Positions 28,015 through 32,000 of a stretch of DNA of 32,000 nt are shown here, piece after piece. Source of the stretch: Candidatus Arthromitus sp. SFB-rat-Yit (GTDB taxonomy: Bacteria; Bacillota; Clostridia; Clostridiales; Clostridiaceae); contig NC_016012.1 of assembly GCF_000283555.1 (NCBI RefSeq), positions 630,001 through 662,000 of the forward strand, given 5' to 3'. The notes below the pieces were generated by a model. That model saw only the letters and a program-made list of their open reading frames with translations. It ran no database searches and was not told the origin of the DNA. Positions within the stretch are counted from its first letter, which is position 1. Each line of letters starts with the position of its first letter. The translations under genes were made by a program, and so were the position numbers.

Positions 28015-28030
28015 AGGGAGTATGGAAGAA

Positions 28031-28891
28031 ATGAATATAAATTGGTATCCAGGTCATATGTTTAAGACCAAAAAAGAGCTAAAGAGTATGATAAATTTAG
28101 TGGATCTTGTTATAGAAATAAGGGATGCGAGGGCAGTAATTTCTACTACAAATCCTGATATTGAAAGTTTGACTAATGGAAAACCGAAAATAATTGTTTT
28201 AAGCAAAGTTGATTTAGCTGATAAAGCTACAACTAGTAGATGGATTGAGCATTATAGGAAACAGGGAATCCCGTGTATAGATGTAGACATTATAAGAAAT
28301 AAAAATATTAAGCTTATTAAAGATCAAATTAATTATCTTATGAAATCTAAGCTTGATAGGTATAGGAGTAAAGGTGTTAAGAATTACACGTTAAGGGGAA
28401 TGATTTTGGGTATTCCAAATGTTGGAAAGTCGTCGCTTATAAATAAGATTTCTAATAATAAGGTAGCGAAGGTTGGGAATCGTCCTGGTGTTACAAAATC
28501 TAATCAATGGATTAAAACAAAATGGGATATAGATTTGTTAGATACCCCTGGGATTTTATGGCCTAAATTTGAAAGTCCGAATGTTGGATTTAATCTTGTT
28601 TACATTGGGTCGATAAGGGATGAGATTTTAGATATTCAAGAGGTTTGTTATAATATGCTTCAATATCTTTTGGAAAATTACAAAATGAATTTGGAAAATA
28701 CATATAAGGTTGATATGTCGGATGATGTGTCTAAGAGTTTAGATATTTTAGGTAAAAAGCTTGGTTGTTTATCAAAAGGATTTTTGATTGATTATGATAG
28801 GCTTTCACATATAATAATTGGAGATTTTAGATCTGGAAAGATTGGTAATATATCTCTTGAAGATCCTAAAGATTTGTTAAAAGAGGTATAG
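28031..28891 (+). CDS. rbgA: Ribosome biogenesis GTPase A (YlqF/RbgA, circularly permuted GTPase)
   Basis: The product starts MNINWYPGHMFKTKKE, which is the RbgA N-terminal signature. The G4-like LSKVDLAD precedes G1 GIPNVGKSSLINK and G3 DTPGILWPKF. The ATG at 28031 is 10 nt after the GGGAG. The TTG at 27959 in the ORF track would read through the rplS terminator. Confidence 0.9.
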   Translation: MNINWYPGHMFKTKKELKSMINLVDLVIEIRDARAVISTTNPDIESLTNGKPKIIVLSKVDLADKATTSRWIEHYRKQGIPCIDVDIIRNKNIKLIKDQINYLMKSKLDRYRSKGVKNYTLRGMILGIPNVGKSSLINKISNNKVAKVGNRPGVTKSNQWIKTKWDIDLLDTPGILWPKFESPNVGFNLVYIGSIRDEILDIQEVCYNMLQYLLENYKMNLENTYKVDMSDDVSKSLDILGKKLGCLSKGFLIDYDRLSHIIIGDFRSGKIGNISLEDPKDLLKEV

Positions 28892-28895
28892 GGAT

Positions 28896-29687
28896 ATGGA
28901 TTTTGGAAGTTTGACAGTTAATCAAATAAAAAGTTTTTTGAATGAAATTGAAATAACAAATGAAAATATTGCTGAAATCATAGATTCACTTTTGATGGAT
29001 TCGAGGTTATCTGTGAAGAAATTTGCAAAACAAATTGAAAACAGATATGAGATCATCAAGAATAATCAAATGATCAATGAAAAATTTTATGATTTTGATA
29101 GGGAATTTGTGCTTAGTAATGATTATGTTATAGCTGGATGTGATGAAGTAGGGCGTGGACCACTTGCTGGTCCTATTGTTTGTGCGTCAGTTGTTCTTGA
29201 TTTGTGTGATGAATCGAAAATTATAAATGATATTAATGATTCTAAGAAAATAAAGAGCAGAGAGTTTAGGAAAAATATTAGTGATAGGATAATGGAAAAA
29301 GCAAAACACTTCAAAATAATAGAGATATCGAATTATGAAATAGATAAGATTGGAATTGGTGAAGCGAATCAAAAAGGTTTTAGAGATTCAATATTAGGTC
29401 TTGGAGTAAAAATTGATTTAGTTTTGTCTGATGGGTATCCAGTGAAAAATTTGAATATTAAAAATGTTCATGTGATAAAGGGAGATACTAAGAGTGCGAG
29501 TATAATGTGTGCGTCAATTATTGCAAAAGTTTATAGAGATGAAATAATGTTTAAGTATCATGAAGAATTTCCTCAGTATGATTTTTTAAATAACGTTGGT
29601 TATGGCACTAAAAAGCATATTGATGCTATTAAAAAATTTGGGATATGTAAATATCATAGGAAGACATTTTTGAGGAGTTATGTTTGA
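28896..29687 (+). CDS. rnhB: Ribonuclease HII
   Basis: The motifs IAGCDEVGRGPLAGPIV (catalytic DE), INDSKK, GDTKSASIMCASIIAKVYRD and VGYGTKKH are present. The position after rbgA is the conserved one. Confidence 0.92.
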   Translation: MDFGSLTVNQIKSFLNEIEITNENIAEIIDSLLMDSRLSVKKFAKQIENRYEIIKNNQMINEKFYDFDREFVLSNDYVIAGCDEVGRGPLAGPIVCASVVLDLCDESKIINDINDSKKIKSREFRKNISDRIMEKAKHFKIIEISNYEIDKIGIGEANQKGFRDSILGLGVKIDLVLSDGYPVKNLNIKNVHVIKGDTKSASIMCASIIAKVYRDEIMFKYHEEFPQYDFLNNVGYGTKKHIDAIKKFGICKYHRKTFLRSYV

Positions 29688-29772
29688 TATTGAAATTGTT
29701 TTGGAATAAGAATATAATTCTTACATGTAAATTAATAAAGAAATAACAAATGTTATGAAGGTGGATTGAAAA

Positions 29773-30906
29773 ATGAATACAAAATATAATAATTTATTTA
29801 AGTCATTTACCTTTAAAAATGGCATTACGCTTAAAAATAGAATTGTTATGGCACCGATGACAACTTGGTCTAGTAACGATGATTGTACAGTTTCGGATGA
29901 AGAAGTAGATTATTATAGAGCTAGAGTTAATGGAGTAGGTCTTGTTATAACTGGTTGCACTTATGTGAAATCTAATGGAATAGGATTTTTAAATGAGTTT
30001 GCGGGTTATGATGATAAATTTATTCCAAGTTTGCGTAAGTTAGCAAGTGCTGCAAAAAGTGGTGGTGCTGCGGCAGTACTTCAAATTTTTCATGCTGGTA
30101 ATAAGGCTCTGCCTAATTTAGTTCCAAATGGTGATGTAGTTAGTGCTAGTTCTGTGAAAACTGAAGCAGGACCATTTTCACCAGCAATATTACCTAGAGA
30201 ACTTTCACATGAGGAAATTTTAGATATAATTGATTCATTTGGAGAAACTACTAGACGTGCAATTGAAGCTGGTTTTGATGGTATTGAGATTCATGGGGCA
30301 CATGGTTTTTTGGTTCAAAATTTTCTTTCCCCATTATTTAATATACGTAATGATGAGTGGGGTGGTTCTTTAGAAAAAAGGTTAAGTTTTCCGTTAGCAG
30401 TTGTAGACAAAATAAAGGATGTAATTAAAAAGTATGCCAAGAATCCTTTTATTTTGGGTTATAGAATTTCTCCTGAAGAGTCTGAAGAAGGAGGATTAAG
30501 AATAGGAGATACTTATGAATTAATCAATCGTCTTATTGGGGTAAATGTTGATTATATACATGTTTCATTACCTAGTGCTCTTGATTCTAGACCAATCGAT
30601 AATGAGAATGAAAAAACATATCTTGAATTAATTAATAAATGTGTAAATGGAAGAGTGCCAATAATGGTGGCTGGGTCTATGTTTACACCAGATAATGCTA
30701 TGGAAGCATTGAATAAAGGTGCATCTTTGGCAGCAATAGGACATGCTTTAGTTATGAATCCAGATTGGGTGGAAAAGGTTGAAAATGATAAAGAAAATGA
30801 GATTAGAATGTCAATTAATGCATCGAAGGTAAATGAACTTGTATTACCACAAAAATTATGGGGTGTACTTAAAAATTCAGTACCATGGTTTAATATTGAA
30901 GAATAG
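29773..30906 (+). CDS. NADH:flavin oxidoreductase, Old Yellow Enzyme family
   Basis: The motifs RIVMAPMTTW, LQIFHAGN, FDGIEIHGAHGFLVQNFLSPLFNIRNDEWGGSLEKRLSFP and GYRISPEE are present. A GAAGGTGG Shine-Dalgarno is present. Confidence 0.88.
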   Translation: MNTKYNNLFKSFTFKNGITLKNRIVMAPMTTWSSNDDCTVSDEEVDYYRARVNGVGLVITGCTYVKSNGIGFLNEFAGYDDKFIPSLRKLASAAKSGGAAAVLQIFHAGNKALPNLVPNGDVVSASSVKTEAGPFSPAILPRELSHEEILDIIDSFGETTRRAIEAGFDGIEIHGAHGFLVQNFLSPLFNIRNDEWGGSLEKRLSFPLAVVDKIKDVIKKYAKNPFILGYRISPEESEEGGLRIGDTYELINRLIGVNVDYIHVSLPSALDSRPIDNENEKTYLELINKCVNGRVPIMVAGSMFTPDNAMEALNKGASLAAIGHALVMNPDWVEKVENDKENEIRMSINASKVNELVLPQKLWGVLKNSVPWFNIEE

Positions 30907-30947
30907 TATGTATTTTATAGATAAGATTTAGAATAATAAATTGATAT

Positions 30948-31310
30948 TTAAAAAATATTTTCAATGTAATTATAACTATATCTTTTGTTACCCCAAAATT
31001 TTATTTCCATTAAATCAAATTTGTATATGTTGTTGTGAAGATTGTTTATGGTTAAAAAATAATTTGCAGTGCATTTAATTCTAAATATTTTTTTGTTGTT
31101 AATTTGCTCTCGGGGTTCCGATATAAAATTATTTTTGAACATACACATACTTTTTACTTCAACAAATGATATAACATTATTTTTTAAACATATGATATCA
31201 ATCTCTCCTCTTTTTGATTTGAAATTTCTATTTATGACTTTAAAATTTTTGCTGAGTAGTACTTTTACAGCTAAATTTTCTCCAAGGTTTCCAATTTCTT
31301 TTGTTGTCAT
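30948..31310 (-). CDS. yraN: YraN family (UPF0102) endonuclease-fold protein
   Basis: The 120-aa product contains GNLGENLAVKVLLSKNFKVINRNFKSKRGEIDIICLKNNVISFVEVKS, followed by a late KFDLMEI. This matches the YraN pattern (GE..A..L...G..I...N.....GEIDII......VFVEVK ... RFDVI). An AGGAGG Shine-Dalgarno is present. Confidence 0.8.
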   Translation of the reverse strand: MTTKEIGNLGENLAVKVLLSKNFKVINRNFKSKRGEIDIICLKNNVISFVEVKSMCMFKNNFISEPREQINNKKIFRIKCTANYFLTINNLHNNIYKFDLMEIKFWGNKRYSYNYIENIF

Positions 31311-31330
31311 TTAAAAAACGCCTCCTATTA

Positions 31331-32000
31331 TTAAGATTGTTGACATATTTTTAAAAAAATAACAGAAAAGGATACAAGTTTTTTTGTATCCTTTTCTGTT
31401 AAAAAGCTATCTCCTGTTTTGTAATCGATTGTTATTTCTGGTTGAACATTATACACAAAAACATTAAACATAACACCTTTTCCATTATCTTCAACAGACT
31501 TTGCTTCAATTTGAACCCCATTTGCAATAAGATTATTTTCTTCGAAAATTGGAGTAACTCTATAAAGCACATGGTTATCAGTTTTTTTCACATAATCACT
31601 AACCATATCTTCAAAAGGAAGCATTCCATCAACATTAAAATATCTTGTGCCTGTCATTAAATTTTTTTCATTTGCATTTTCAGCAGAAAGTTGAAATCCT
31701 ATAAGATGACATCTATTGTATAGAGATTTACCTTCAACTATATCATACTTTACGCTTTTCCATCCAGTAGGTTTAATATGTGATATATTTTTACGTTTTT
31801 CTGTCGGCATAATATCTTGTCCAATATTTGCAAATGCAACACCAACTCGTCCTAAATAATCCAAATCACTATATTTTTCAAATGATTTTGTTGTTAAATC
31901 TGATTGTGAAAAGAAGGGTACATTATTATTGATTTCTATGTATGGTTTCCCATTATATTCAGGGATTTCGTTTACATTAAAATTTTGAGTTATTTCATTT
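31331..32000 (-). CDS. DNA/RNA non-specific endonuclease (EndA / DNA-entry-nuclease-like, Endonuclease_NS_2 type). The N-terminus lies beyond the window edge.
   Basis: The minus-strand frame stays open from 31864 up to nt 32000 (...NEITQNFNVNEIPEYNGKPYIEINNNVPFFSQSDLTTKSFEKYSDLDYLGRVGVAFANIG...). The core then reads SLYNRCHLIGFQLSAENANEKNLMTGTRYFNVDGMLPFE and HVLYRVTPIF, typical of the secreted or competence-type nuclease family. The TTG at 31864 in the ORF track is not the real start. The last ~24 codons run through the terminator hairpin. Confidence 0.8.
   Translation of the reverse strand, partial: NEITQNFNVNEIPEYNGKPYIEINNNVPFFSQSDLTTKSFEKYSDLDYLGRVGVAFANIGQDIMPTEKRKNISHIKPTGWKSVKYDIVEGKSLYNRCHLIGFQLSAENANEKNLMTGTRYFNVDGMLPFEDMVSDYVKKTDNHVLYRVTPIFEENNLIANGVQIEAKSVEDNGKGVMFNVFVYNVQPEITIDYKTGDSFLTEKDTKKLVSFSVIFLKICQQS
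31352..31400 (-). terminator. Rho-independent terminator (minus strand) overlapping the 3' end of the nuclease ORF
   Basis: A perfect 17-bp stem pairs AACAGAAAAGGATACAA (31361-77) with TTGTATCCTTTTCTGTT (31384-31400) around a 6-nt loop. A T7 run follows on the minus strand (plus strand 31353-31359). Confidence 0.8.

Noticed and set aside
27959-28030. A TTG-initiated N-terminal extension of rbgA in the ORF track (MNLILNSKFPLRNLLFCFLGSMEE...).
   Set aside because: The extension is encoded by the perfect 14-bp rplS terminator hairpin and its T-run. The RbgA signature MNINWYPGHM starts at the ATG at 28031, which has a well-spaced GGGAG.
29715-29735. A short hairpin TAAGAAT-ATA-ATTCTTA after rnhB, considered as a terminator.
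   Set aside because: The stem is 7 bp and entirely AT-rich apart from one G-C pair. No T-tract follows, so it is too weak to call.
1-32000. I searched by eye for CRISPR arrays, tRNA/rRNA genes, IS elements, integrases, phage genes, defence-island signatures (restriction-modification, toxin-antitoxin pairs, Cas, reverse transcriptases, STAND/AAA ATPases) and long direct or inverted repeats.
   Set aside because: None were found. Every ORF longer than about 110 aa on the supported strand is accounted for by a housekeeping or metabolic family, except the 133-aa orphan at 17338-17739. A computational repeat or covariance-model scan would be needed to exclude small RNAs.

Overview
This window is a very AT-rich chromosomal core region from a low-GC Firmicute. 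The presence of spoIVB and spo0A points to an endospore-forming, Clostridia-like lineage, but I cannot assign a genus from sequence alone. Nearly all of it is tightly packed housekeeping sequence arranged in recognisable conserved blocks. (1) nt 1-3393: the end of a phnC-phnE-phnE phosphonate-type ABC importer, coupled to a cytoplasmic metallophosphoesterase/5'-nucleotidase-family gene. (2) nt 3421-8332: an aldo/keto reductase plus DUF871 (MupG-like) pair, convergent with a fruK-fruA fructose PTS operon. (3) nt 8517-17297: the classic nusB-xseA-xseB-ispA-tlyA-nadK-argR-recN-spoIVB-spo0A block. (4) nt 17338-19675: a small variable stretch holding an orphan basic 133-aa protein, deoC, an SGNH hydrolase and two candidate micro-ORFs. 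(5) nt 19815-29687: smc-ftsY, then ylxM-ffh-rpsP-rimM-trmD-rplS, then rbgA-rnhB. (6) nt 29773-32000: an Old-Yellow-Enzyme-type flavin oxidoreductase, then an inverted yraN and a partial EndA-like non-specific nuclease on the minus strand. I found no rRNA, tRNA, CRISPR array, transposase, integrase or obvious repeat family. I also do not see a convincing novel multi-gene system. The points worth a second look are modest: the spo0A control region, the orphan 133-aa protein, two micro-ORFs (one a 34-aa hydrophobic peptide), missing members of conserved operons (dxs, folD, khpA/ylqC, lepB, rnc, fruR), a synteny break after rnhB, and a nuclease ORF that reads through its own terminator hairpin. All product calls rest on motif recognition by eye; no database search was run.
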